DNA of 35,266 nt from NCBI GenBank assembly GCA_048939245.1, contig JBHLPR010000023.1:1-35266 (forward strand), in the 5' to 3' direction. This document shows positions 27,482 through 35,266 of the stretch, piece by piece. The stretch's first letter is position 1. Each line of letters begins with the position of its first letter. Both the position numbers and the translations under genes were made by a program. The notes under the pieces were generated by a model. It did not search any database. It saw only the letters and a program-made list of their open reading frames with translations, and was not told the DNA's origin. Source of the stretch: Promethearchaeota archaeon. GTDB taxonomy: Archaea > Asgardarchaeota > Hermodarchaeia > Hermodarchaeales > Hermodarchaeaceae.

Positions 27482-27901
27482 ATGCAGTTAGTAGAATTAA
27501 TTTTCTCCGCTATCGTCTTCATCATCGTTTGGCTATTTGGATCACTGATTCTCTGGTTAGCAGGAAAACTCGTTTCAGGTTATAACGCAAAATTCACTGA
27601 TGCTCTAGCGATTTCTCTACTCGGCGCAATCATTAACTGGGTAGTATCATGGGTTATGGATAACTTCGTGGCCTCACTCCTTGCTCCCTTAGGGTTGGTT
27701 GGCATGATTATCGGTTTAGTAGTTCCATTGCTTACCGTCTTGATAGTGTATATACTACTTATCATGCACTTCTTCGATACTGGGTTTCTTGGAGCCTTGG
27801 CTGTAGGAATACTCTACTTGATTTTCATGATCATCATTTTGATCGTTCTTGGTATTTTTGCAGTCATCATAATAGGCCTGCTATTATTGATATTTCCGTA
27901 A
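27482..27901 (+). CDS. Small four-TM membrane protein of unknown function
   Basis: 139 aa, almost entirely hydrophobic helices; GGTGAT SD; TATAAAG upstream at about 27425. Confidence 0.82.
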   Translation: MQLVELIFSAIVFIIVWLFGSLILWLAGKLVSGYNAKFTDALAISLLGAIINWVVSWVMDNFVASLLAPLGLVGMIIGLVVPLLTVLIVYILLIMHFFDTGFLGALAVGILYLIFMIIILIVLGIFAVIIIGLLLLIFP

Positions 27902-27907
27902 AACGGT

Positions 27908-27951
27908 GAAGGGAACGCAGTGATTGGCTTCCCTTCTTCTCTTCTTTTTTT
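27908..27951 (+). terminator. Hairpin plus pyrimidine/T-tract terminator
   Basis: GAAGGGAA (27908-27915) pairs with TTCCCTTC (27929-27936), followed by TTCTCTTCTTTTTTT, between convergent genes. Confidence 0.6.
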
Positions 27952-27982
27952 GAAATCCTAGTAGTTGTAGATTTTCTCAGGG

Positions 27983-28693
27983 TTATTTGGTGCCGAGAAT
28001 CCAAAAGATTGGAGTATAGATGAAATCAGGCAAGATCCAATCAATGCCTTTTCTTTTAAGCAAGGCAGCCTCTGAGACAATTTCTGCCTGCATTGATTCG
28101 GAATCAAAAGTCCAAGACATTATGCCAAATTGAATCTTATCAAAGTTCAATGTTTCGAGTTCACCCGAGAGATGACCTCCTGTATATGGATCAGCACCTA
28201 GTCGTGTTAAAACAGTTACAATGGGATAAGGTGGTTTAGATTGAATTCCTGAATTGCTTTCAAAGATTTCGATTCGTCCAGCATAATCCGGCTCAATACA
28301 AGCTAGACTTCCGTGGGTGAGAAGGACAGCATAGGTTTCTTTGAGTGCTTGTTTTCGGTTCGAAATCCACATTAGAGTGAAATGGCTGAAGGCAAAATCA
28401 GCGATAAGGGTGCGAAAGGGCAGCGCTGTGGCATCTGCGAGTAAAAAGTGGAGGACCTCATTTTGTTTATAGTGATTCACAGCGTGCGCAAGCAAATCCG
28501 GATTGATATCAAAGCCAATCACAGTGCTCCGAGCTACTAGGTGAGTCAGCTCGTTAGAGATCACTCCTGTTCCGCAGCCGATGTCGATGCATATAGGGGC
28601 GAGCGTCCAGTTGGTTTGTTGGTAGAAGAAGTGCCGTGTAGGGGCGGTTCGTTGAGCTTGATCACAGAGAAATCGCGACGTATAGGGTTGCAC
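27983..28693 (-). CDS. Class I SAM-dependent methyltransferase
   Basis: IDIGCGTG, VIGFDIN, ADATALPF, HFTLMWI; GGAGG SD before GTG. Confidence 0.88.
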   Translation of the reverse strand: MQPYTSRFLCDQAQRTAPTRHFFYQQTNWTLAPICIDIGCGTGVISNELTHLVARSTVIGFDINPDLLAHAVNHYKQNEVLHFLLADATALPFRTLIADFAFSHFTLMWISNRKQALKETYAVLLTHGSLACIEPDYAGRIEIFESNSGIQSKPPYPIVTVLTRLGADPYTGGHLSGELETLNFDKIQFGIMSWTFDSESMQAEIVSEAALLKRKGIDWILPDFIYTPIFWILGTK

Positions 28694-28745
28694 GGGTTTG
28701 TGCCTCCCGTTATCTGTCAGGGAACCAAGTATTTAGTGGAGATAA

Positions 28746-30074
28746 TTAACCACCGACATTGTGGTGGCAACAGACTTGCTTATATTCGGTGAAGAGCGGA
28801 CAGCCTCCACCACACTCTTTGAGGAGCTCGCAGGACAGGCATTCGTCTGCGAGTTTGGTATGCCCTCGAAGTGCGAGAGCTGTTGGATGAGTCCAGATTG
28901 TGTCCCAGGAATCAGTCAGAATATTTCCCAAAGGTTCGAAATAACTCTGGCAGGGAAGAACATCGCCGTTTGGCTCAATTGCTAAGCTAGAATAAGCTGC
29001 ACTACAGCGTCGGGGACCCAGCCCGTATTCGGTCGGATCGAAATGGCAGTACATTGTGGGACTGTACCAGATCAAGCGGATCTCATGTTCAGCAGCTTCC
29101 GCTAGAACGTCAGTGATGATTTCGTCAAGGTCTTCTTCAGGGATTGCTTGTTCATCTGCTACTTCTTTTCCGCTGCCGGAGTAAATGAGTCCATTCATGG
29201 CAAATTGCGTTTGCCCGAGCTTAGCAAGAAAAGCCACAGTTTCAGTGATGGTGGGACGATTAAGCTGAGTTAAGGTAGTATTAGTGATTGTATAGATGTC
29301 AGTATCAATGAATCGTTTAAGCCCGGCGAGAGTTTCTTTCCAGGCACCTTTGAATCCGACCATCTGGTCGTGAATTTCAGGAAGATGTGATTCGAAGGTG
29401 ATTTGTACATAATCTATACCTGCATTGACCAGAGCATCAACGAGGGGTTGGGTCAGTCGTCGGCCATTGGTTACAAGTCCTGCAATGATTCCGATGTCTT
29501 CAGCGTATTGCACTAATTCTACTAAGTCGTCTCGGAGGGTGGGTTCCCCACCAGTAAACGTTACATGGGGAATGGCTTGGTGCAATAGAGTGTCAAGGAC
29601 TTTCTTCCATTTCTGAGTTTCGAGTTCGTGGGTCGCATCCCATCCGCGTCGTTTCGGGGGAACGTAACAATGAGGACAGGTATTGTTGCACCGGTAGGTG
29701 AGAGCTAGATCCACTCGGTAGGGAGCTGGAGGTTCATGGGAAAATGGTTCTACTTCTCCAAAATCAAAGGTTTCTATCGGAGAGACGTCGGGTTGTGCAA
29801 CGAATGAGAGAATCTTGTCTTTTAATTCAGTGTAGTGTGTACGGATCGTGTCAGGTTTTACGCCCCGATACTTTGTACGGATGATTTCTATGATTTCGTC
29901 GACGGATTTTCCTTCTACGGCGGCAATTGCATAATCATAACCACTTTCATTAAGAAAGAGGAGACGAGAGGCATCAACGACAATAGTGCCACCCTTAGGA
30001 TCTTTTCGGAGATGAAACCGGTGCCCTTCAAGTTCACCTTTACCAAATAGAATTTTGCTGTTTTTTGTTTCCAT
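28746..30074 (-). CDS. Radical SAM/SPASM protein with N-terminal PqqD/RRE-like domain (PqqE/MftC-like architecture)
   Basis: CNNTCPHC, FTGGEP, VTNG, SPASM C-X12-G-X4-C..CX2CX5CX3C..C; N-terminal LFLNESG..EGKSVDEIIEIIRTKY..V. ATG 30074 with AGGAG SD preferred (ORF track 30110). Confidence 0.9.
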   Translation of the reverse strand: METKNSKILFGKGELEGHRFHLRKDPKGGTIVVDASRLLFLNESGYDYAIAAVEGKSVDEIIEIIRTKYRGVKPDTIRTHYTELKDKILSFVAQPDVSPIETFDFGEVEPFSHEPPAPYRVDLALTYRCNNTCPHCYVPPKRRGWDATHELETQKWKKVLDTLLHQAIPHVTFTGGEPTLRDDLVELVQYAEDIGIIAGLVTNGRRLTQPLVDALVNAGIDYVQITFESHLPEIHDQMVGFKGAWKETLAGLKRFIDTDIYTITNTTLTQLNRPTITETVAFLAKLGQTQFAMNGLIYSGSGKEVADEQAIPEEDLDEIITDVLAEAAEHEIRLIWYSPTMYCHFDPTEYGLGPRRCSAAYSSLAIEPNGDVLPCQSYFEPLGNILTDSWDTIWTHPTALALRGHTKLADECLSCELLKECGGGCPLFTEYKQVCCHHNVGG

Positions 30075-30245
30075 GGATACTGCTCCTGACGCATATAGTG
30101 TGTTCTTCATCAGACCATCAACAAAAGTCTATCGAAGAGAAAACGATTACCCTAAATTGAACCTGTTGAAGTGATTTATCTGCAGAGTCGGAAGGCTTTT
30201 CGGGGAAATAGATTAAACAGATTACGACGGAAGTCGTTGATAACG

Positions 30246-30839
30246 ATGTCAAAGATCAAAGAAATTGAGCAATTAGCCCGTATTTCTAATTTGGGGCCGA
30301 TTGCTCGACGCTACTTCGCTATGAACGCGTTTGATGGCACCCTTACTGTTTTAGGAATCATTTTAGCCTCACATTTTGCGATGCATTTCGATGCGCGAGC
30401 AATTATAGCGGCGGGGATCGGAGCCTGCTTGGCTATGATGTTTTCAGGGCTAGCAGGCACTTATCTTGCCGAAAAAGCAGAACGAGAACGAGAACTTCGA
30501 GAAATGGAAAACGCCATGCTCAGAAAACTCGACCAGACACTCTATAAACGAGCCTCACGGTTTGCCATCGTTATTTCATCTTTTGTCGACGGATTCGCTC
30601 CCTTCATCACCGGTCTCGCTTTGTTAATTCCCTTTTTCTTCGTAGAGTTTAACCCAGCATTATGGTATATTGGTGTGATCGTATCTGTGATAACGGGGTT
30701 TATTCTATTATTCCTGTTAGGGATTTTTCTTGGCCGAGTATCGGAGCAGAACCAATGGCTTTATGGTCTACAGACTCTAGCGTCAGGTCTTGGTACAGCG
30801 GCAGCAATCATTATCCTTGAACTCGTCTTAGCAATTTAA
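30246..30839 (+). CDS. VIT1/CCC1-like membrane protein (archaeal TIGR00267 type)
   Basis: ARRYFAMNAFDGTLTVLG, SGLAGTYLAEKAERERELREME.AML, several TM helices; ATG 30246 preferred. Confidence 0.85.
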   Translation: MSKIKEIEQLARISNLGPIARRYFAMNAFDGTLTVLGIILASHFAMHFDARAIIAAGIGACLAMMFSGLAGTYLAEKAERERELREMENAMLRKLDQTLYKRASRFAIVISSFVDGFAPFITGLALLIPFFFVEFNPALWYIGVIVSVITGFILLFLLGIFLGRVSEQNQWLYGLQTLASGLGTAAAIIILELVLAI

Positions 30840-30846
30840 AGAGATT

Positions 30847-31716
30847 TTAGATGGACATCGGGAGTGCTAACCCGTTTTGCCTCTTGAGAAATTCGTGAAA
30901 TTGTCTTACATATGGAATAGCATTTTCAAAATCCATTAGGCTGTGACTATCTGAACCAACAAAAAATTGAGCACCAGCTTGGACTAATTCTTCAATAAGA
31001 TCTTTTGAGGGATGCGTTCGTCTCCAGGGACGATTGAGTCCACTTAGATTGATTTCGATTAATATACCGTTCTTCTGACATTGTTTTCCAAGTTCAAGGG
31101 TTCGTTGGCGCCAAAGTTCGAGTAGTTTGATGTTTGGATGGAAAAGGGGGACAAAGCGCATTACGCCATCGATATGCGCAATTCCGTCGAATAGCTGGGA
31201 TTCAATTGCGCCACCAACTTCGTCAAAGTACCGGTGCACGCATTCTGATAGCCCAATCCGATTTATTAGCAGCTCTAGTTCTTCTTTAACTGTGACGGCT
31301 AGCCTATCGATGGTGTGAACGGTACCGATTAGATAATCGAAGTCTTTCCGATATCGATCACAGAATTCAGCAACAGCGGAAGATTGGTCAGAGTAGAAAT
31401 CGACTTCCAGCCCTAAGGATGTGTGGGGGTACCGTTTGTGGACTTGGTCAAAAGTTTCGAGCAAATCTGGTAAGTTATCATGATTGAGGAACCCTTGTCG
31501 GTGAAAAAAAGCTAGTTCGAGATGATCTAAAAATCCGATGTGAATAGATGAGTGTTCTGCTACTTGTGCGTAAGCATCTAAAGGTGTAGAAGAATCAGGG
31601 CTGAATTGAGTGTGAATATGCAAATCATAGACAGAGGGTTGTTCGGACACCAACTGAGCCACATTGTGTGAGTTTCTTGGGGGCAGAATATTGTTGGTCT
31701 TTGATTTAATAGTCAT
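30847..31716 (-). CDS. PHP-family phosphatase (histidinol-phosphatase HisJ-like)
   Basis: DLHIHTQFSPDS, LDH, GLEVD, IGTVH, AHID, IEIN, GSDSH. Confidence 0.88.
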   Translation of the reverse strand: MTIKSKTNNILPPRNSHNVAQLVSEQPSVYDLHIHTQFSPDSSTPLDAYAQVAEHSSIHIGFLDHLELAFFHRQGFLNHDNLPDLLETFDQVHKRYPHTSLGLEVDFYSDQSSAVAEFCDRYRKDFDYLIGTVHTIDRLAVTVKEELELLINRIGLSECVHRYFDEVGGAIESQLFDGIAHIDGVMRFVPLFHPNIKLLELWRQRTLELGKQCQKNGILIEINLSGLNRPWRRTHPSKDLIEELVQAGAQFFVGSDSHSLMDFENAIPYVRQFHEFLKRQNGLALPMSI

Positions 31717-31767
31717 ACCCTTTGTGTTCGTAGGTATGATTGATGACCACTTTCTTCCTCACTTTGA

Positions 31768-31780
31768 TAATTTATATATT
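31768..31780. promoter_or_regulatory. TATA element in the divergent PHP/SDR intergenic region
   Basis: TAATTTATATATT about 35-45 nt upstream of the TTG at 31814; TATA-like on both strands. Confidence 0.45.
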
Positions 31781-31813
31781 GGAGAAGGCGAGGAGAAGAG
31801 AGGTTATTCGCAC

Positions 31814-32818
31814 TTGACGTTGTCGCCTTCCACTAATGAACCGGTCTTAGTGACTGGGGGAACTGGTTTTATCGGATCACACTTGGCAAAACGGCTTGTC
31901 GGAGAAGGGTATAAGGTCATTCTATTCGATAAGACACCTAATTACGCTCGAATTAGAGGAATTAGGGACAAGGTAACCGTAGTAAAAGGTGATGTTGCTG
32001 ATTCGGGAAGCATCATCAGCGTGTTGAAAGAACATGACATTAAACATATCTTTCATACTGCTGCGGCGTTATCAGTGGAAGCTGAACAAGATTGTGATAA
32101 AGCGTATGCGTGTAATGTATCAGGCACATATAATATCCTTGAAGCAGGACGGGCACACCAGATTCAGCGGCTTGTGTTCCTGAGTAGTCTTGCCGTGTTT
32201 GGAGCCAATACACCCTTTCCCTTTCATGAAACAAGTTTCCGAGACCCCGGGAGTTTTTATGGAGTGAGTAAGGCCTTTGGGGAAATGCTGGGTAATTACT
32301 ATCATTTGCGACATGAGTTTGATTTTCGGGGAGTACGGTTTGCCGTAGTTATTGGCCCTGGTCGCCGAGGAGCTGGAGCTACGGTAACTTACTCTAGTTT
32401 TATTGAAAGTGTGGCACTCGGAAAACCAGGGATTATCGATATTCCTGAGAGTACTATACTCCCAATAATCTATGTAGAGGATGCAGCCGATTTTCTGATG
32501 GCGCTTTGGAAAGCTCCAAAACTATCACGCCGATTATTCATTGCCGGCGGTGTTCCGATTCCTATTAAGGACTTGATAGCAGCGGTGAAGACCCATATTC
32601 CTGAAGCCGAAGTCAGGTTTGAGCTTGATCCGGATGCCGAGCGTGTAGCTCAAACGTGGTCTTTTCTTACTACCCTCCTTGTGCAACAAGGCAAAGAAAC
32701 GCTGTATCGGGAAATTGAAGATATCGGGTGGAAGCTGCAATTTGACTCCGTGTCAGATATCGTTAAACATTTCATCAAATTTGTACAAGCGCATAAAGAA
32801 ATCTATTCAGAATTTTAG
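31814..32818 (+). CDS. Extended SDR / NAD-dependent epimerase-dehydratase, L-threonine 3-dehydrogenase-like
   Basis: VTGGTGFIG, HTAAALS.EAE, NVSGTYNILE, SSLAVFG, YGVSK..GNYYH..FDFRGVRF, GAT.Y; TTG 31814 with GAGGT SD preferred (ORF track start 31664 overlaps the PHP gene). Confidence 0.85.
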   Translation: MTLSPSTNEPVLVTGGTGFIGSHLAKRLVGEGYKVILFDKTPNYARIRGIRDKVTVVKGDVADSGSIISVLKEHDIKHIFHTAAALSVEAEQDCDKAYACNVSGTYNILEAGRAHQIQRLVFLSSLAVFGANTPFPFHETSFRDPGSFYGVSKAFGEMLGNYYHLRHEFDFRGVRFAVVIGPGRRGAGATVTYSSFIESVALGKPGIIDIPESTILPIIYVEDAADFLMALWKAPKLSRRLFIAGGVPIPIKDLIAAVKTHIPEAEVRFELDPDAERVAQTWSFLTTLLVQQGKETLYREIEDIGWKLQFDSVSDIVKHFIKFVQAHKEIYSEF

Positions 32819-32832
32819 TGGAGATGTAAAGA

Positions 32833-33789
32833 TTGACTAAAATCAAGCGAACAGCAGTGCTTGGTGCAGGCGCTATGGGTCATGGTATAGCTCAAGTCTT
32901 TGCCCAAGCGGGATGTGATGTGAGGCTGTATGATATTGATTCCGCAGTTTTGTGTCAAGCGAAGGAGCATGTTAACACAAATTTGCTTTTATTAGCTTCT
33001 TACCGGATTATCCCTCGCGAGTCAATTCCTTTCACTCTTGCACGCATTGACCCAGTATCAGATTTTGATGTTGCGGTCTCTAAAGCCGACTTGATTCTAG
33101 AAGCGGTGCCTGAGCGGCTAGATCTTAAACGTGATGTATTTGCTAAAGTAGAAGCAGCGTGCACTAAAAAGGCTATTCTGACATCGACTACCTCTGTAAT
33201 TCGTGTTGGTGAAATTGCTGAAGCACTCCAGAACCCGGAACGACTAGTTGGTACACATTGGATGAACCCCCCTTACATCCTCCCCTTAGTAGAAATCATT
33301 CGAGCGCCCAAAACTGCTGAAACCGCTTTAAACCAAGTGAAGGATTTCTTAGAGCAAGAATGTGGAAAACGTACGGTAACCTGCAATGATGCCCCAGGAT
33401 TTATTGTTAATCGGCTTGCAGGAGCAGTTTTAACCGAGGCAGCCCTTCTCATAGAAAAAGGCATTGCCACACATGAAGAAATTGATCAAGCCTGGAAAGA
33501 GCATTTAGGCCCTGTATTCTTACAGTACGGTCCTTTTGGAAACCTAGACTATATTGGGCTAGATGTCATCGTTCTTGCAGCGAAGTATTTGGCATGGGCC
33601 CTAAACGATACGCAATACGAGTTGCCTAAGTGGCTAGAGGATACAGTTCACCAAGGGCATTTGGGAATAAAGACAGGAAAAGGCATCTACGAATATCCAG
33701 ATCAATCCCCTGAAGAGCTTCGACAAAAACGGGCGGAGGACCTTCTTGTGTTACTCCAGAAGATTGGCTTACTATCAGAATCGATGTAG
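32833..33789 (+). CDS. 3-hydroxyacyl-CoA dehydrogenase family protein
   Basis: LGAGAMGHGIA, EAVPERLDLK, catalytic HWMNPP..LVE, PGFIVNR, GPF..LDYIGLD, GIKTGKGIY. Confidence 0.92.
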   Translation: MTKIKRTAVLGAGAMGHGIAQVFAQAGCDVRLYDIDSAVLCQAKEHVNTNLLLLASYRIIPRESIPFTLARIDPVSDFDVAVSKADLILEAVPERLDLKRDVFAKVEAACTKKAILTSTTSVIRVGEIAEALQNPERLVGTHWMNPPYILPLVEIIRAPKTAETALNQVKDFLEQECGKRTVTCNDAPGFIVNRLAGAVLTEAALLIEKGIATHEEIDQAWKEHLGPVFLQYGPFGNLDYIGLDVIVLAAKYLAWALNDTQYELPKWLEDTVHQGHLGIKTGKGIYEYPDQSPEELRQKRAEDLLVLLQKIGLLSESM

Positions 33790-33790
33790 A

Positions 33791-35266
33791 TTAGTAATCC
33801 CGCTTTGTTGTGAAGATTTGAGATAACATGGTCATGTACTTTCTTGAGACGCGAACATCTAACACATAGGGTTGACCGGATTCTGTGGCGCGTTTGAGTG
33901 CAGGTTGGATTTCAGCAGGTTTTGTGACGAGTTCGCCATTGGCTCCTAAACCTTTAGCCAGTTTATCTAATCGGGCCTGCTCATTGAGAAAGGTTCCACA
34001 GGATGCCTGCTCTTCTGAGCGCGTTTTGAGGAGTCGGGTATGATATACGAGCCCCCAGGCACAATCGTTGTTGACAATTGCAACAACCGGAATATTGTGA
34101 CGGACCGCGGTATCTAATTCACTGACATTGAATAAGAAGCTCCCATCGCCAGAGATAAGATAGACGGGGGTTTCAGGTCGAGCGAGCTTTGCAGCGAGGC
34201 TAATTGGTAATCCTGCGCCAAGATGACCGAGTGGTCCCTGTGACCCTATGATTTGACCGGGATAATTGGCGCGGAGATACAAGTAGGCCCATGCAGTTGT
34301 ATCGCCTCCATCTAAGACGAATAGACTATCTGGTGTAGCAAATTCACGGATTTCTCGCATGAGACGCTGTGGCTTGATTGGCGTTTCATCTGAATCTGCA
34401 TCTTTTTCAAGAACAGCAAACAGTTGTTCCCAAGCAGCCCGGGATTGTTTCGCGAAGCTTCCGGCAGCACGCTTTTTGGTTAATTCCCTTGCTGTGTGTA
34501 GCATCTGTTGTAATACTGCCTTTGCATCACCAAGTATCCCCACGGCAACAGGACGGTTTTTTCCGATAGCGTCGGCTACGATATCGACATGAATGAACTT
34601 TGCATCTTCTGAATAGAAAGAGGGGTCGCGTCCGAATCCTAAGAATTCGTCAAGCCGTGCCCCGATTGTGAGGATCACATCTGCTTGTCGTGTGAAAGGA
34701 TTAGCGATAGCATTGCCTATTGAGAGAGGATGATTTTGGGGGAAACAACCGGTTCCTAAATACTCGGCTGCTACGGGAGTTCCAAAGAACTCTGCGAATT
34801 TGACCAAGTCTTTACAGGCTTGAGACCAGTATACACCGCTTCCTGCAATGATCACTGGTCGTTCGGCTTTGGATAAAAGCGTAACCGCTTTCTTTACTAG
34901 ATTAGGGTCGCCAAGGAGGCGTCCAGTTGGGCGATATTGGGAGGGCTTTAATGGTGTTGCATCACTTGTTTTAGTAGGAGAAGCTATGATGTCCTTGGGA
35001 ATATCAAGGAGCACGGGAGCCATTCGTCCAGTAAGGGCGGCTTTAAACGCGGTTCGAAGATATTCAGCTATCCGATGTGGAAAAAGGCATCGTCGTGTCC
35101 ATTTGGTCACAGAAGAAACAAGAGCCTTCAAATCGAGGTCCTCAAAGGCATCCATATCTGCTAATTTGTGTGGGATACTTGAAGTGATGGCTACCACGGG
35201 GCTACCCATCTGATAGGCTTGTGCAAGGGCAGGAACAGCATTTACGATTCCTGGTCCCATTGGAAG
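33791..35266 (-). CDS. Thiamine-diphosphate-dependent enzyme (acetolactate synthase-like / 2-hydroxyacyl-CoA lyase-like), 5' end beyond the window
   Basis: GPGIVN, PVLLDIPKD, AERPVIIAGSG, IHVDI, LDGGD, GPLGHLGAGLP, ThDP motif GDGSF..VNN; frame open to the right edge. Confidence 0.9.
   Translation of the reverse strand, partial: LPMGPGIVNAVPALAQAYQMGSPVVAITSSIPHKLADMDAFEDLDLKALVSSVTKWTRRCLFPHRIAEYLRTAFKAALTGRMAPVLLDIPKDIIASPTKTSDATPLKPSQYRPTGRLLGDPNLVKKAVTLLSKAERPVIIAGSGVYWSQACKDLVKFAEFFGTPVAAEYLGTGCFPQNHPLSIGNAIANPFTRQADVILTIGARLDEFLGFGRDPSFYSEDAKFIHVDIVADAIGKNRPVAVGILGDAKAVLQQMLHTARELTKKRAAGSFAKQSRAAWEQLFAVLEKDADSDETPIKPQRLMREIREFATPDSLFVLDGGDTTAWAYLYLRANYPGQIIGSQGPLGHLGAGLPISLAAKLARPETPVYLISGDGSFLFNVSELDTAVRHNIPVVAIVNNDCAWGLVYHTRLLKTRSEEQASCGTFLNEQARLDKLAKGLGANGELVTKPAEIQPALKRATESGQPYVLDVRVSRKYMTMLSQIFTTKRDY

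Noticed and set aside
27908-27951. Hairpin considered as a SECIS element
   Set aside because: No neighbouring gene has an in-frame TGA at a Cys-like position; position and T-tract fit a terminator.
31664-31813. Hydrophobic N-terminal extension of the SDR in the ORF track
   Set aside because: It overlaps the divergent PHP gene and spans the TATA box and SD; the real start is likely TTG 31814.
1-35266. CRISPR arrays, IS elements, tandem repeats, rRNA
   Set aside because: None seen by eye; intergenic spaces are too short and show no periodic repeats.

Overview
Gene-dense, mostly housekeeping-like archaeal chromosomal window. It is most likely from an Asgard archaeon, an inference from a eukaryote-type actin-family gene together with TFB, ABCE1, archaeal-type ThrRS and intronless CCA-encoding tRNAs. 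I found no CRISPR array, transposase or integrase. Left to right: a divergent actin-related protein (runs off the left edge and is missing from the ORF track), a degenerate Nif3 protein, RsmB/Fmu, a short ThrRS without an editing domain, an intact M24 peptidase, two outward-facing tRNA-Arg genes enclosing an orphan ORF and an apparently dead M24 paralogue, DUF89 phosphatase, ABCE1, ACD alpha subunit, an atypical TFB, a tandem Lrp regulator, a nucleotide-sugar dehydrogenase, two hydrolases, a Vps62/NPP1-like protein with a Zn-ribbon membrane protein, a GNAT, a tightly coupled nurA-herA-mre11-rad50 operon, a small membrane protein, an RRE-radical SAM-SPASM plus methyltransferase pair, a VIT1-like protein, a PHP phosphatase and three catabolic enzymes. 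The best candidate for an undescribed system is the nurA-herA-mre11-rad50 operon. Its Rad50 has no CXXC zinc hook (one Cys in the whole protein) and instead carries a predicted two-helix transmembrane hairpin at the coiled-coil apex, suggesting a membrane-anchored DNA-end processing machine. All family calls come from motif recognition by eye; no database searches were run.
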